This document shows, piece after piece, positions 1 to 9,194 of a stretch of DNA of 64,000 nt. The first letter of the stretch is position 1; every line of letters starts with the position of its first letter. A program made the translations under genes and the position numbers. The DNA is from Anaerolineae bacterium (GTDB lineage Bacteria > Chloroflexota > Anaerolineae > Epilineales > Epilineaceae), in the NCBI GenBank assembly GCA_044228875.1, contig JBGAUA010000003.1, positions 8,401-72,400 on the forward strand. The letters are read 5' to 3'. A model generated the notes under the pieces. The model had not been told where the DNA came from. It made no database searches and worked only from the letters and a program-made list of their open reading frames with translations.

Positions 1-612
1 AACCCGGACACAGTGGTCCCGGCGGGAGCGGTGCGCCAGTTGGTGGAAGACCTGGAGGCGGAGCCGACGCTGGCCGTGGTCGGTCCGCGCCTGCTGCTAC
101 CGGACGGCTCGCTGGACCCGGCCTGCCGGCGCTCCTTCCCTTCGCCGTCGGTCTCCTTCTACCGGCTCCTGGGCCTCTCCCGCCGTTTCCCACGTCATCC
201 GCGCTTCGGCCGCTACAACATGACCTTCCTTCCGGAGGACCAGGCGGCCGACGTCGACAGCGTGGTGGGCGCCTGCATGCTGGTGCGCGGCGCGGCCATC
301 GCCGAAGTGGGACTGTTCGACGAGCGCTTCTGGATGTACGGCGAGGATCTGGATTGGTGCCTGCGCTTCAAGAAGGCGGGCTGGCGCGTCGCCTACCGGC
401 CGCGGACCGTCGTGCACCATGTCAAGCGAGCCGCCAGCCGCGCGAGCTCTCGGGCGCGCTTTGAGTTCCAGCGCGCCATGTGGCTCTTCTATGACAAGCA
501 TTACGCGCGCGAGACCAGCTTGCCTGTGCACCTGCTGGTCTTGCTCGGCCTGGCCCTGCGCGGAGGGCCGCGGCTCCTGGCGGAGATGCTGGGACGCGGC
601 CGGTCGGCCTGA
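1..612 (+). CDS. glycosyltransferase family 2 protein, C-terminal part (5' end lies upstream of window)
   Basis: Frame-1 ORF is open from nt 1. The translation ...VVGACMLVRGAAIAEVGLFDERFWMYGEDLDWCLRFKKAGWRVAYRP... is the conserved C-terminal region of GT-A/GT2 enzymes. Stop at 610-612. Confidence 0.8.
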   Translation, partial: NPDTVVPAGAVRQLVEDLEAEPTLAVVGPRLLLPDGSLDPACRRSFPSPSVSFYRLLGLSRRFPRHPRFGRYNMTFLPEDQAADVDSVVGACMLVRGAAIAEVGLFDERFWMYGEDLDWCLRFKKAGWRVAYRPRTVVHHVKRAASRASSRARFEFQRAMWLFYDKHYARETSLPVHLLVLLGLALRGGPRLLAEMLGRGRSA

Positions 613-645
613 GCCGATGAGCGCCTTCACGCCGTCCCGGCGGCC

Positions 646-2124
646 GTGCTATGCTCAGCGCCGAGGGCCGGTATCGGGTGCCCTCGGCATGGAGAACCCG
701 TCTTGCGCCTAGGTCATTCCACCCGACGCCGCGCCTGGCTGGAGCGGGCGTCGCTGGTCGCCCTCGACGGCGCCGCTTTTGCGGCAGGGTTGCGCATGGC
801 CCACGACCTCTACCTGGTGCTGGCGCCACTCAGCCCGGCCAGCATGGGCGCGCTGCCTCCCTTCGAGGCCCTCGCCCCGCTCCTTCCGGTGCAGGTGCTG
901 ACCTTGAGCCTGGTGTTCTTCTTCTCCCGCCTGTACCACCAGCCGCGCTTCGTCTCGCGCGTCGACCTCGCGGCGCGCCTCCTGCGTGCCATCTCGCTGG
1001 GGATCATCCTCGTGTTCGCCGCCGCCAGCCTCCTGCTCCCGGATCTGGCATACCCGCGCAGCCTGCCGTACCTGGATTGGACCACCTGCTTCATCGCCGT
1101 GCTGGGGCTCCGGCTCTTCCACCGCCAGGCCTGGACCACCCTGCGCCTGCTGGGCTTCGGCCGCACCCGCATCCTCATCGTCGGGGCCGGAGCGGTCGGC
1201 CAGGATCTGGTCGGCCGCATCCATCGACAGCCATCGCTCGGCTACGACATCGTCGGCCTCGTGGACGACACCCCCGGACGCAGCCGCGCCCGCGGCGTGC
1301 CGGTCCTGGGCGGCAGCGACCAGTTGGGCGAGTTGGTGGAACGCCTGGGCGTGGACGAGGTCATGGTGGCCCTTCCCGAGGCCACCCGCTCCGAACTGCT
1401 GGGCCTGATCAACCAATGCCAGGCCGAAGGCGTCTCCATCCGCATCTTCCCGGACGTCTTCCAGATGATCGCCGGCGAGGTGCAGATCAGCGCCCTCGAC
1501 GGCCTGCCGCTTCTGAGCGTGCGCGATGTGTCGCTGCGGGGCTGGCGGCTGACCCTCAAGCGCTCCGTCGACCTGCTGCTCAGCGCGACCACCCTGGTGA
1601 TCCTATCGCCCTTGCTGCTGCTGATCGCCATCCTGATCAAGCTGGAATCGCGGGGTCCGGCCTTCTTCTTCCAGGAGCGGATGGGCTTGGACGCCCGCCC
1701 CTTCTCCATGATCAAGTTCCGCTCGATGCGTCTTGATGCCGAAGCGCAGACCGGCGCTGTATGGGCGCAGCGCGATGACCCGCGGCGCACCCGTTTCGGC
1801 CAGTTCCTGAGGCGCAGCAACCTGGACGAGCTGCCGCAGCTCATCAACGTGCTGCTGGGGGACATGAGCATCGTGGGTCCGCGCCCTGAGCGGCCCGAAT
1901 TCGTTGCCGAGTTCCAGCGCCTGATCCCGCGCTACATGGAGCGGCACCGCGAGAAGGCCGGGATCACGGGCTGGGCCCAGGCCAACGGCCTCCGGGGCAA
2001 CACCTCCATCGAGGAGCGGACCAAGTACGACCTCTACTACGTGGAGAACTGGTCGCTGCTCCTGGACTTCAAGATCATGCTGAAGACCCTCATGGCGGGC
2101 TTCCGCGATCCCAACGCCTACTGA
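646..2124 (+). CDS. polyprenyl-phosphate sugar phosphotransferase (WbaP/EpsB-type 'bacterial sugar transferase', initiating enzyme), copy 1
   Basis: Catalytic block SRGPAFFFQERMGLDARPFSMIKFRSM...DELPQLINVLLGDMSIVGPRPERPEF. N-terminal TM helices plus a RILIVGAGAVGQDL nucleotide-binding-like linker. GTG 646 comes from the ORF track; TTG 703 behind GGAGAA is an alternative start. Confidence 0.9.
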   Translation: MLCSAPRAGIGCPRHGEPVLRLGHSTRRRAWLERASLVALDGAAFAAGLRMAHDLYLVLAPLSPASMGALPPFEALAPLLPVQVLTLSLVFFFSRLYHQPRFVSRVDLAARLLRAISLGIILVFAAASLLLPDLAYPRSLPYLDWTTCFIAVLGLRLFHRQAWTTLRLLGFGRTRILIVGAGAVGQDLVGRIHRQPSLGYDIVGLVDDTPGRSRARGVPVLGGSDQLGELVERLGVDEVMVALPEATRSELLGLINQCQAEGVSIRIFPDVFQMIAGEVQISALDGLPLLSVRDVSLRGWRLTLKRSVDLLLSATTLVILSPLLLLIAILIKLESRGPAFFFQERMGLDARPFSMIKFRSMRLDAEAQTGAVWAQRDDPRRTRFGQFLRRSNLDELPQLINVLLGDMSIVGPRPERPEFVAEFQRLIPRYMERHREKAGITGWAQANGLRGNTSIEERTKYDLYYVENWSLLLDFKIMLKTLMAGFRDPNAY

Positions 2125-2178
2125 GGTCGCGGCGCGACGTTCGCACCGACAGGCTGCCGGCGACGCCCGCCGGCCCTG

Positions 2179-2187
2179 TGCTATACT
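2179..2187 (+). promoter_or_regulatory. candidate extended -10 promoter element (TGcTATACT) for the rib leader
   Basis: TGTGCTATACTGGC lies about 50 nt upstream of the riboswitch. The same TGCTATA(C/G)T / TATACTGGC pattern recurs upstream of other operons in the window. No convincing -35. Confidence 0.4.
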
Positions 2188-2234
2188 GGCCGGGTCCGCA
2201 GCGGGGGTCCGCCTCGCGGCGGCGGCACAATCTA

Positions 2235-2430
2235 TCCGACCTTCAGGGCAGGGTGAGACCGTGGCGCAGCGCGCCGGGCGGTCAATTCCCGACCGGCGGT
2301 ATGGGGCGTCAGCCCCGAGCCCGCGAGCTTCTCTGGACGACGCGCCCTCGCGGGGGCGGGCTGCTTCCGGGGTGGCAGATCCGGTGTGATGCCGGAGCCG
2401 ACGGTACAGTCCGGATGGGAGAAGGTCCCA
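2235..2430 (+). promoter_or_regulatory. FMN riboswitch (RFN element)
   Basis: Conserved RFN strings read directly: CTTCAGGGCAGGGTGA...AATTCCCGACCGGCGGTA...AGCCCGCGAGC...GATCCGGTGTGATGCCGGAGCCGACGGTACAGTCCGGATGGGAGAAGG. It sits immediately upstream of a ribD-E-BA-H operon. Confidence 0.9.
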
Positions 2431-2658
2431 CAGATCACACGCTCCGTGACGAGGAGGAGGGTGTGGTTCTGTTTGGCGTCGCGCGCCGTTGCGCCGCTGC
2501 GCTCTGTCCCGGACCCTACGATCCGGAGTCAGGGCGGCGGGAGCGACGGGGTTCGGCGTCGGTCTGCCCTGCGGGTCGCTTACCTGGAGGGCATTGCCTT
2601 GTTCGTCACCCGCCAACCCTGGCATCCTGGGGATGGCCTGGACTCCCACAACCCGCAC

Positions 2659-3741
2659 ATGCGCCTGGCCTTGGCCCTGGCCCGCCGGAGCCTGGGACGC
2701 AGCAGCCCCAATCCGGCCGTCGGCGCGGTTGTGGTGCGCGACGGAACGGTGGTGGGTCGCGGCAGCACGGCACCGGTCGGCGGTCCGCATGCCGAGGTGC
2801 TGGCCCTCGCCCAGGCCGGCGCCGCCGCGAGGGGCGCCGATCTCTATGTCACCCTGGAGCCCTGCTGCCACCACGGCCGAACGCCGCCTTGCACCACCGC
2901 GGTGATCGCCGCCGGAATCCGCAAGGTGCACGTGGCCACGCTGGACCCCAATCCGCAGGTGGCCGGCGGCGGGGCAGCCGCGCTGCGCGCCGCGGATGTG
3001 GCGGTGGAGATCGGCTTGGGCGGCGCGCCGGCACGCCGCCTGATCGCGCCCTTCCGCCAATGGGTGCTCCGGGGCCGTCCGCAGGTGCTCGCCAAGTACG
3101 CCATGACCCTGGACGGCCGCATCGCCAGCCGTAGCGGCGACAGTCGCTGGGTCAGCGGGCCGGAAGCGCGGCTGCTGGCCCACCGTCTGCGGGACGTCAG
3201 CGACGCGATCATGGTGGGGTCCGGCACCGTGCTCGCCGATGATCCGGCGCTCACGACGCGCCTCCCCGATGAGACCGCGCCGCATCATCCCCTGCGGGTG
3301 ATCCTGGACAGCCGCGGGCGACTGCCGCTCACGAGCCGGGTATTCGATCCCGCCCTGGAGGGACAGACCCTGGTGGCCACGGTGGCGGCGCCCGATCCGT
3401 GGCGCCGCACGTTGGAGGACCGCGGCCTGTCCGTCTGGTCCTTGCCGCCCGACGCGCAAGGCCGCGTGGCCCTCGGACAGCTGCTCGCGCGCCTCGCCGC
3501 GGAGCGCGGCGTGGCCAGCCTGCTCCTGGAAGGCGGGGCCGCCGTGTTGGGCGCCGCCTTCGGCGCCGGGCTGATCGACCATGTCCTGGCCTTCATCGCC
3601 CCCAAGGTCATCGGCGGGCGGGATGCCCCCGGCCCTGTCGGCGACCCGGGTCGGCCGCGCATGGCCCAGGCGCTGTCCATAGACCGCTTGCGCTGGCTGC
3701 GGGTCGGGCAGGACCTCGCCGTCTGGGGCGCCTTGCCATGA
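2659..3741 (+). CDS. ribD: bifunctional diaminohydroxyphosphoribosylaminopyrimidine deaminase / 5-amino-6-(5-phosphoribosylamino)uracil reductase
   Basis: MRLALALARRSLGRSSPNPAVGAVVV...HAEVLAL...YVTLEPCCHHGRTPPC (CMP/dCMP-type deaminase Zn motif), followed by a reductase domain. The ATG at 2386 in the ORF track overlaps the riboswitch and is rejected. An in-frame GTG at 2461 behind GAGGAGGAGG is an alternative start. Confidence 0.9.
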   Translation: MRLALALARRSLGRSSPNPAVGAVVVRDGTVVGRGSTAPVGGPHAEVLALAQAGAAARGADLYVTLEPCCHHGRTPPCTTAVIAAGIRKVHVATLDPNPQVAGGGAAALRAADVAVEIGLGGAPARRLIAPFRQWVLRGRPQVLAKYAMTLDGRIASRSGDSRWVSGPEARLLAHRLRDVSDAIMVGSGTVLADDPALTTRLPDETAPHHPLRVILDSRGRLPLTSRVFDPALEGQTLVATVAAPDPWRRTLEDRGLSVWSLPPDAQGRVALGQLLARLAAERGVASLLLEGGAAVLGAAFGAGLIDHVLAFIAPKVIGGRDAPGPVGDPGRPRMAQALSIDRLRWLRVGQDLAVWGALP

Positions 3742-3762
3742 GACCGGGATCGGAGGCTTGAC

Positions 3763-4392
3763 ATGTTCACCGGAATCGTCGAGGAGCTAGGGCGGCTGCG
3801 GTCGGTGCAGGACCGCGGCGAGCTTGTCGTGCTGGGCATCGACGCGCCGCTATGCGGCGCCGGCCTGGCCTTGGGCGACAGCATCGCCGTCAACGGCGTC
3901 TGCCTGACGGCCACCAAGGTGGCCGAAGGCTCCGCCAGAGACGGGTTCACCGTCGACATCGTGCCGGAGACCCTGCGGCGCAGCAACCTGGGCCGGCTGA
4001 CCGTCGGTGACAGCGTCAACCTGGAGCGGTCGCTGATGCCGACCTCCCGGATGGGCGGCCATTTCGTGCAAGGGCATGTCGATGGAACAGGAACCGTCCA
4101 GGACCTGACGATGGAAGGGGAGTCCATCCTCATGCGCTTCGGCGCCGATCCTTCGCTGCTGTCCCTGGTCGTGCCCAAAGGCTTCATCGCCATCGACGGC
4201 GTCAGCCTGACCGTGGTCGATGTCGCCGACGACCGGGGGTTCAGTGTCGCCTACATCCCGCATACCCTGGCCCACACCATCGCCGGCGCCTATCGCCCGG
4301 GACGGGTGGTCAACCTGGAGCCCGACATCCTGGGCAAGTACGTCGAACGCTTCATCGCGGCCCGCCTGGCGGCCACCGAGAGGACATCCTGA
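3763..4392 (+). CDS. ribE: riboflavin synthase (alpha chain)
   Basis: MFTGIVEELG...GDSIAVNGVCLT...IAIDGVSLTV: the duplicated lumazine-binding repeat typical of riboflavin synthase. Confidence 0.95.
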   Translation: MFTGIVEELGRLRSVQDRGELVVLGIDAPLCGAGLALGDSIAVNGVCLTATKVAEGSARDGFTVDIVPETLRRSNLGRLTVGDSVNLERSLMPTSRMGGHFVQGHVDGTGTVQDLTMEGESILMRFGADPSLLSLVVPKGFIAIDGVSLTVVDVADDRGFSVAYIPHTLAHTIAGAYRPGRVVNLEPDILGKYVERFIAARLAATERTS

Positions 4393-5789
4393 TGAACACC
4401 ACAAGCCCTGCCTGGGCGGATCTGGTCCTGGCCCCGCTGACCGCGAGCGTACCCGGCGCGGGCGCCGACCACGGTCCGGCGCCGGCCGACGCCGACCACT
4501 CCACCGACGAGATCGTCTACTGCGATGTGGAGACTGCGGTCGCCGCGATCCGCGCCGGACGGATGGTCATCGTCACCGATGACGAAGACCGCGAGAACGA
4601 GGGCGACCTGGTGATGGCCGCCGTCCACGCCGACAGCGCGGCCGTGAACTTCATGACCCAGGAGGGGCGGGGCCTGGTCTGCGTGCCCTTGCTGCCCGAT
4701 CGCCTGGCGGCGCTGGACCTGCCGCTGATGGTCCAGGACAACACGGCGCCCTTCGCCACGGCGTTCACCGTCCCGGTGGATGCCCGCGGCCGCACGTCCA
4801 CCGGCATCTCCGCACCCGATCGCGCCGCGACCATCGCCGCTCTGGTGGACCCGAACAGCCGGGCGCACGACTTCGTGCGCCCGGGACACATCTTTCCCCT
4901 GGCCGCCCGGCCCGGCGGTGTGCTCGAGCGCCCGGGCCATACGGAGGCAGCCATCGACCTGGCTCGCCTGGCAGGTCTGCCGCAGGCCGGGGTGATCTGC
5001 GAGATCCTCGCCGCAGACGGCAGCATGGCTCGCGGCGCCGTCCTGGCCAACTTCGCCCGCCGCCACGACCTGCCGGTCCTGTCCATCGCGACCCTGAGCG
5101 CCATGCTCCGCCGGGCAGGGGCGACCGAGCCCCCGGCAGCTCCGGTGGCCGGGCCGCGGCTGCACCTGGCGTCGGAAGCCGATCTGCCGACGGCCCACGG
5201 CCGTTTTCGGGCGCTGGCCTTCACCGAGGCCGGGGCCGCCACGCACCTTGCCCTGCGCATGGGCTTGGACGGCGCTGCCCGTGAGACCGGGCCCGCGGCG
5301 CTCGCGCCCCTGGTCCGCATCCATTCCGAATGCCTCACCGGCGATGTCTTCCATTCGCGGCGCTGCGACTGCGGCGCGCAACTGGACGACGCCCTGGCCA
5401 TGATCGCCGCTGAGGGGGAGGGTCTGCTGCTCTACCTGCGCCAGGAAGGCCGCGGCATCGGCCTGGCCAACAAGATCCGCGCCTACGGCCTGCAAGACGC
5501 CGGATTGGACACGGTAGACGCCAACACCGCGATGGGGCTGCCGGCCGACGGACGCGACTACTCGGTCGCCGCGGCGCTCCTGGCGCAACTCGGCCTGCGG
5601 GCGGTGCGCCTGATCACCAACAACCCCGCCAAGGTTCGCGGCCTGGCCGCTCACGGCATCACCGTCGTGGAGCGGGTTCCGCGCCGGCCGGCCCTGACGC
5701 CGGAGAACCAGCGCTACCTCGAGACCAAGCGAGACCGCATGGGGCATGTCCTGGACCTGTCCCCAAGATCCGACGACCCCCGCCCCTGA
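4392..5789 (+). CDS. ribBA: bifunctional 3,4-dihydroxy-2-butanone-4-phosphate synthase / GTP cyclohydrolase II
   Basis: VIVTDDEDRENEGDLVMAA (DHBP synthase) and RIHSECLTGDVFHSRRCDCGAQL...LYLRQEGRGIGL (GCH II). Its ATG overlaps the ribE stop by 1 nt (TGATG). Confidence 0.95.
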   Translation: MNTTSPAWADLVLAPLTASVPGAGADHGPAPADADHSTDEIVYCDVETAVAAIRAGRMVIVTDDEDRENEGDLVMAAVHADSAAVNFMTQEGRGLVCVPLLPDRLAALDLPLMVQDNTAPFATAFTVPVDARGRTSTGISAPDRAATIAALVDPNSRAHDFVRPGHIFPLAARPGGVLERPGHTEAAIDLARLAGLPQAGVICEILAADGSMARGAVLANFARRHDLPVLSIATLSAMLRRAGATEPPAAPVAGPRLHLASEADLPTAHGRFRALAFTEAGAATHLALRMGLDGAARETGPAALAPLVRIHSECLTGDVFHSRRCDCGAQLDDALAMIAAEGEGLLLYLRQEGRGIGLANKIRAYGLQDAGLDTVDANTAMGLPADGRDYSVAAALLAQLGLRAVRLITNNPAKVRGLAAHGITVVERVPRRPALTPENQRYLETKRDRMGHVLDLSPRSDDPRP

Positions 5790-5822
5790 AGCCGAAGACG
5801 CCCGGGGCACGCGACAGAGGAG

Positions 5823-6305
5823 ATGGCCGACATGGTGCATGAAGGCAGCCTGCATGGCGATGGTCTGACGGTGGGCATCGTCGTAGCGCGTTGGAACAGC
5901 TTGATCACCCGCGAGTTGCTGGCCGGTGCGACCGACACCTTGCGCCGTCACGGCGTGGCCGAGAATGCCGTGGACGTCATCTGGGTGCCGGGAGCCTTCG
6001 AGATCCCGCTGGCCGCCCGCTGGCTGGCGGAAACCGGACGCTACGCGGCCATCGTCGCCTTGGGAGCGGTGATCCGCGGCGGCACCCCGCACTTCGATCA
6101 TGTGGCCAACGCGGCCCTGGGCGGCATCGCGGCGGTAGCCCAGAGCACGGGGGTGCCGGTCACCGCCGGCATCCTGACCACGGACACCAGCGAGCAGGCA
6201 TTGGAGCGCGCGGGCATCAAGGCCGGGAACAAGGGCGCAGAGGCGGCCCAGGCCGCCATCGAGATGGCCACTCTGGCGCGCAGCCTACGCGAACGGGTCG
6301 GCTGA
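5823..6305 (+). CDS. ribH: 6,7-dimethyl-8-ribityllumazine synthase
   Basis: [19 protein letters not shown]...[13 protein letters not shown]...[18 protein letters not shown] are hallmark lumazine synthase motifs. Confidence 0.95.
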   Translation: MADMVHEGSLHGDGLTVGIVVARWNSLITRELLAGATDTLRRHGVAENAVDVIWVPGAFEIPLAARWLAETGRYAAIVALGAVIRGGTPHFDHVANAALGGIAAVAQSTGVPVTAGILTTDTSEQALERAGIKAGNKGAEAAQAAIEMATLARSLRERVG

Positions 6306-6343
6306 CGCCTGCCCGACCATCTCCGGCCCCGTGGTTCGGAGGC

Positions 6344-7714
6344 TCATTCCACCCACACCGCCAGCTGGTCGATCTCGCTCAGGTAGTCATGCCCGGAGGT
6401 GCCCACCTCGATGCGGATCAGGTGCGTGGGCACGGGACAACCGCGGTTGGCGAAGCCCCGCGGGTTGCTCCCGTCCAGGAGATTGCCGCTCTGGAAGGCG
6501 TGCCATTCCCCCGGCTGGACCAGGACCCCCTTCTCAGGCGCCTGGGCGCCGGCAGGGGCCGGGACGGCGTAGAAGCCGACCATCCACTCGCAACCGTCCT
6601 GGTTCGGCGTCGACCGGTCGACGCTTCGCAAGCGGAGGATGAGCGGGTACTCGCTGTCCAGTTCGCCGCCACCGGGCAGCGACTGCTCCAGCACCCGGAG
6701 CACGGCGCTGATGCCGATGAACGCGGCCCGCCGCACGTCCAGGTCGCCGGTCGCGGCCTCCCCGTCCGCCATCCCGCCTTCCAGCGGGTCCAGATGCAGG
6801 CGCTGTTGGAAGAACAGGTCGGCCGAACTGCCGGCCGAGCCGCGACGCTCGAAGCGGATGACGCTGCGCGGTACAACGCCGGTGTCGCCCATGGCTGTGG
6901 TGCGGACGGCCCGGCCCGAATCGACCGGTCGATCCGGCAGGCGCTGCCCGAACTCCCAGGTGTCCGGCTGCAGGTCGTTGTCGAAGCCATCATTGCGCAC
7001 CACGTTCTGGGGGCCGGTCCTGGGTGCGGCGGGCGCCGCGCCGCGCCCGACCAGGGTCCGCTCCTCGGGACCCAGCACCACCTGTCCAATCGCATTCGTC
7101 ACGGTGACCGCGCCGCGCTGGCCGAGGACCCGGAACGCGCCTTCGCCCATGAAATCCAGCCTGGCGCGCGCGTCCGGCGCCAACGCGAGATCACCCAAGG
7201 CGGCGCCGGCAGGATCCTGAACCTGGAGGCTGACCCTGCGAGGGCCCCAGGCGCTGCTGATCGTCAGGCCGCCGGCAAAGGCCTGGGTGGCACGCACGGT
7301 CAGGTCCAGTTCGGGTATCCCGCGGCCGAGCGCGAAGCGCGGCCGGCGCAAGCGGTCCAACCGCAATTGGGTCTGCGGCTGGAGGCTGATCACCGTACCC
7401 GGCTGATCGTCACCGCCTTCGCCGTCGGCAATGCTGATGAAGGCCTCGCTGGCGGCGTCGGCGCTGAGGACCGCCCATCCTTCCGCCAGCTCCCGCTCAC
7501 CGTCGCCGGGGAGGAGCACCCCGGCCTCGACGCCGTGGCTGACCTGCAGGGCGCCCTGCACGGCCTCAACGCGGACGGCCGGAACCTGCGTCGCGCCGCG
7601 CAGGTAACGGAGAAGGGCGACAGGACCGCCGAACGCCAACGCCAGGAAGACGCCGAACGCGGCCAGGAGCACCGTCCAGGCGACAGCCTGGCTGTTGCGG
7701 GCGAGAGCGGTCAT
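6344..7714 (-). CDS. membrane-anchored FecR-like domain protein with uncharacterised C-terminal domain
   Basis: Start chosen at MTALARNSQAVAWTVLLAAFGVFLALAF (single TM), downstream of the stop of the preceding gene (7773). The segment VEAVQGALQVSH...ISIADG...TVISLQPQTQLRL resembles FecR-type beta-rich domains. The C-terminal ~230 aa are not recognised. Confidence 0.6.
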   Translation of the reverse strand: MTALARNSQAVAWTVLLAAFGVFLALAFGGPVALLRYLRGATQVPAVRVEAVQGALQVSHGVEAGVLLPGDGERELAEGWAVLSADAASEAFISIADGEGGDDQPGTVISLQPQTQLRLDRLRRPRFALGRGIPELDLTVRATQAFAGGLTISSAWGPRRVSLQVQDPAGAALGDLALAPDARARLDFMGEGAFRVLGQRGAVTVTNAIGQVVLGPEERTLVGRGAAPAAPRTGPQNVVRNDGFDNDLQPDTWEFGQRLPDRPVDSGRAVRTTAMGDTGVVPRSVIRFERRGSAGSSADLFFQQRLHLDPLEGGMADGEAATGDLDVRRAAFIGISAVLRVLEQSLPGGGELDSEYPLILRLRSVDRSTPNQDGCEWMVGFYAVPAPAGAQAPEKGVLVQPGEWHAFQSGNLLDGSNPRGFANRGCPVPTHLIRIEVGTSGHDYLSEIDQLAVWVE

Positions 7715-7772
7715 GGAGGCTGGCGGTCGGACGGTGCGGGCATTGACCGCGTCGCTCGGCGATGCCAGGCTG

Positions 7773-8462
7773 TCAGTCGCGGCTGCGACCGGAAAGCCGC
7801 GAGACCCAGTAGAGCAGCTGCAGCACGGCGCCGGCAGCCGCCGCCACATAGGTCAGGGCCGCGGCGTCCAGAACAGCATCCACCGCCCGTGTCTCGACGG
7901 GTGAGACGAGACCCGCCGCGACCAGATTCCGCTTGGCCCGGCGGCTGGCGTCGAACTCCACCGGCAGCGTGACGAGGGTGAAGGCCACCATGGCGCCGAA
8001 GAGCAACACGCCGGCCCAGGCCACCGGGTACCAGTTCAGGGCCATCCCGATGATGATGACCCAGACCCCCAAGCCCGATCCCAGATTGGCGACGGGTACC
8101 AGGGACGCCCGCAGGTTCAGCAGGGCGTTGCCGGTCTTGTCCTGCTCAGCGTGACCCAGCTCGTGGGCCACCACGGCCATGGCCGCCACCGAGTTACCGA
8201 GCGATGCCTCGGAAAGGCGCATGGTCTTGTCGCGCGGGTCGTAGTGGTCGGTCAGAAAGCCCGGCGTTCGCTCGATCCGGACGCTCTCCAGACCCTGGTG
8301 CCGCATGAGCAGGCGCGCGGTCTGCTCGCCGCTCAAGCCCTGTTCACCGGGCATCTGGCTGTAGCGCCGAAACGCCGATTCCACCCGCCAGCGCGCGTAG
8401 AGGGTCAGGGCCAGGGTCGGCAGCATGACCCAAAGCATGTAGCCGGTGTTGTACATGAACAT
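7773..8462 (-). CDS. YugP-like neutral zinc metallopeptidase (Zn_peptidase_2 family), membrane protein
   Basis: MFMYNTGYMLWVMLP..., DHYDPRDKTMRLSE..., HELGHAEQ (HExxH), C-terminal TM helices. ATG 8462 is preceded by AAGGAG with a 9-nt spacer. Confidence 0.85.
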   Translation of the reverse strand: MFMYNTGYMLWVMLPTLALTLYARWRVESAFRRYSQMPGEQGLSGEQTARLLMRHQGLESVRIERTPGFLTDHYDPRDKTMRLSEASLGNSVAAMAVVAHELGHAEQDKTGNALLNLRASLVPVANLGSGLGVWVIIIGMALNWYPVAWAGVLLFGAMVAFTLVTLPVEFDASRRAKRNLVAAGLVSPVETRAVDAVLDAAALTYVAAAAGAVLQLLYWVSRLSGRSRD

Positions 8463-8616
8463 CGTCAACGACTCCTTACCGCGGTGGGGCGGCAACGGAC
8501 GACGGGCTCCCCGCCGCATGGAGGCAAGGATAGCGCGGCGTGCGAGGCCGGGCCATCAGCGTTGTGACAGAACGGAATCGGCGTGGCCGCACGGCCTCCG
8601 TACCGCCATCAAGGTT

Positions 8617-9129
8617 TCATTCCACGCCAGCGATGGGGGCGCCCAGGCTCGCGGCGAGGGCTTCGATTGCCGCCGAATCACTGCCGGCATAGATGACCAA
8701 GAGCCTGCCGCGGCGGTAGACGTGGGGCGGCGCCGGCCACTGGACGGCGATCTTCGCCCCGGGGTCCTGGGGATCGACCATCATCAAGCCGTCGCGGCTG
8801 ATGCCGGAGGCCGCCTTGACAGCTTCGGCCTCGTCGGCATAGCTGTAGAACTCCACCCGCTCGTCGCCGCCGTCCACGGAATAGATGCGCGCCGTGCCGG
8901 GCAGGTAATGGGTGGGCAGCTCTGAATCCAGGGTCAGGGTCAGCCCCGCCGCTTGCAGCGTCTCCTCCAGGCCGGCCGCGTCGACGATGGCGGCGGCCGG
9001 CGGCGCCGCGGCCTCATCGGCGACGGGCACGGTGTCCAACGGCAGGGGCGGCTGCGGTGCAGGGCGACAGGCGCCCAGCAGCAGGCCGGCCAGGAGCAGG
9101 GTCATCGGGGCGGGTCGCGTCTGGGTCAT
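8617..9129 (-). CDS. hypothetical lipoprotein
   Basis: MTQTRPAPMTLLLAGLLLGAC is a signal peptide with a lipobox (LLGAC). GAGGAGG lies 6 nt upstream of ATG 9129. No recognisable domain. Confidence 0.7.
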   Translation of the reverse strand: MTQTRPAPMTLLLAGLLLGACRPAPQPPLPLDTVPVADEAAAPPAAAIVDAAGLEETLQAAGLTLTLDSELPTHYLPGTARIYSVDGGDERVEFYSYADEAEAVKAASGISRDGLMMVDPQDPGAKIAVQWPAPPHVYRRGRLLVIYAGSDSAAIEALAASLGAPIAGVE

Positions 9130-9194
9130 GCCAATCCTCCTCTGGTAGGGGGGCCATTCTACCCCATGCCGCCGCACGCATGGACCGCCTGGCC

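Noticed and set aside
2386-2658. ATG 2386 as the ribD start (track ORF 2386..3741).
   Set aside because: It would place the first ~15 codons inside the FMN riboswitch aptamer, and the N-terminal 91 aa have no RibD similarity. The 2659 start is preferred, and 2461 is kept as an alternative.
1603-3582. 659-aa ORF on the minus strand, and similar long ORFs: 4290..6101(-), 5891..7972(+), 13491..15473(-), 15685..17883(-), 20502..22919(+), 23286..25142(-), 35062..36597(+), 42681..44129(-), 44911..46374(-), 56533..58785(-).
   Set aside because: All lie antisense to, or out of frame with, genes having unmistakable family motifs. Their translations are R/G/A/P/Q-rich with no motifs. Stop-codon scarcity in very GC-rich DNA explains them.
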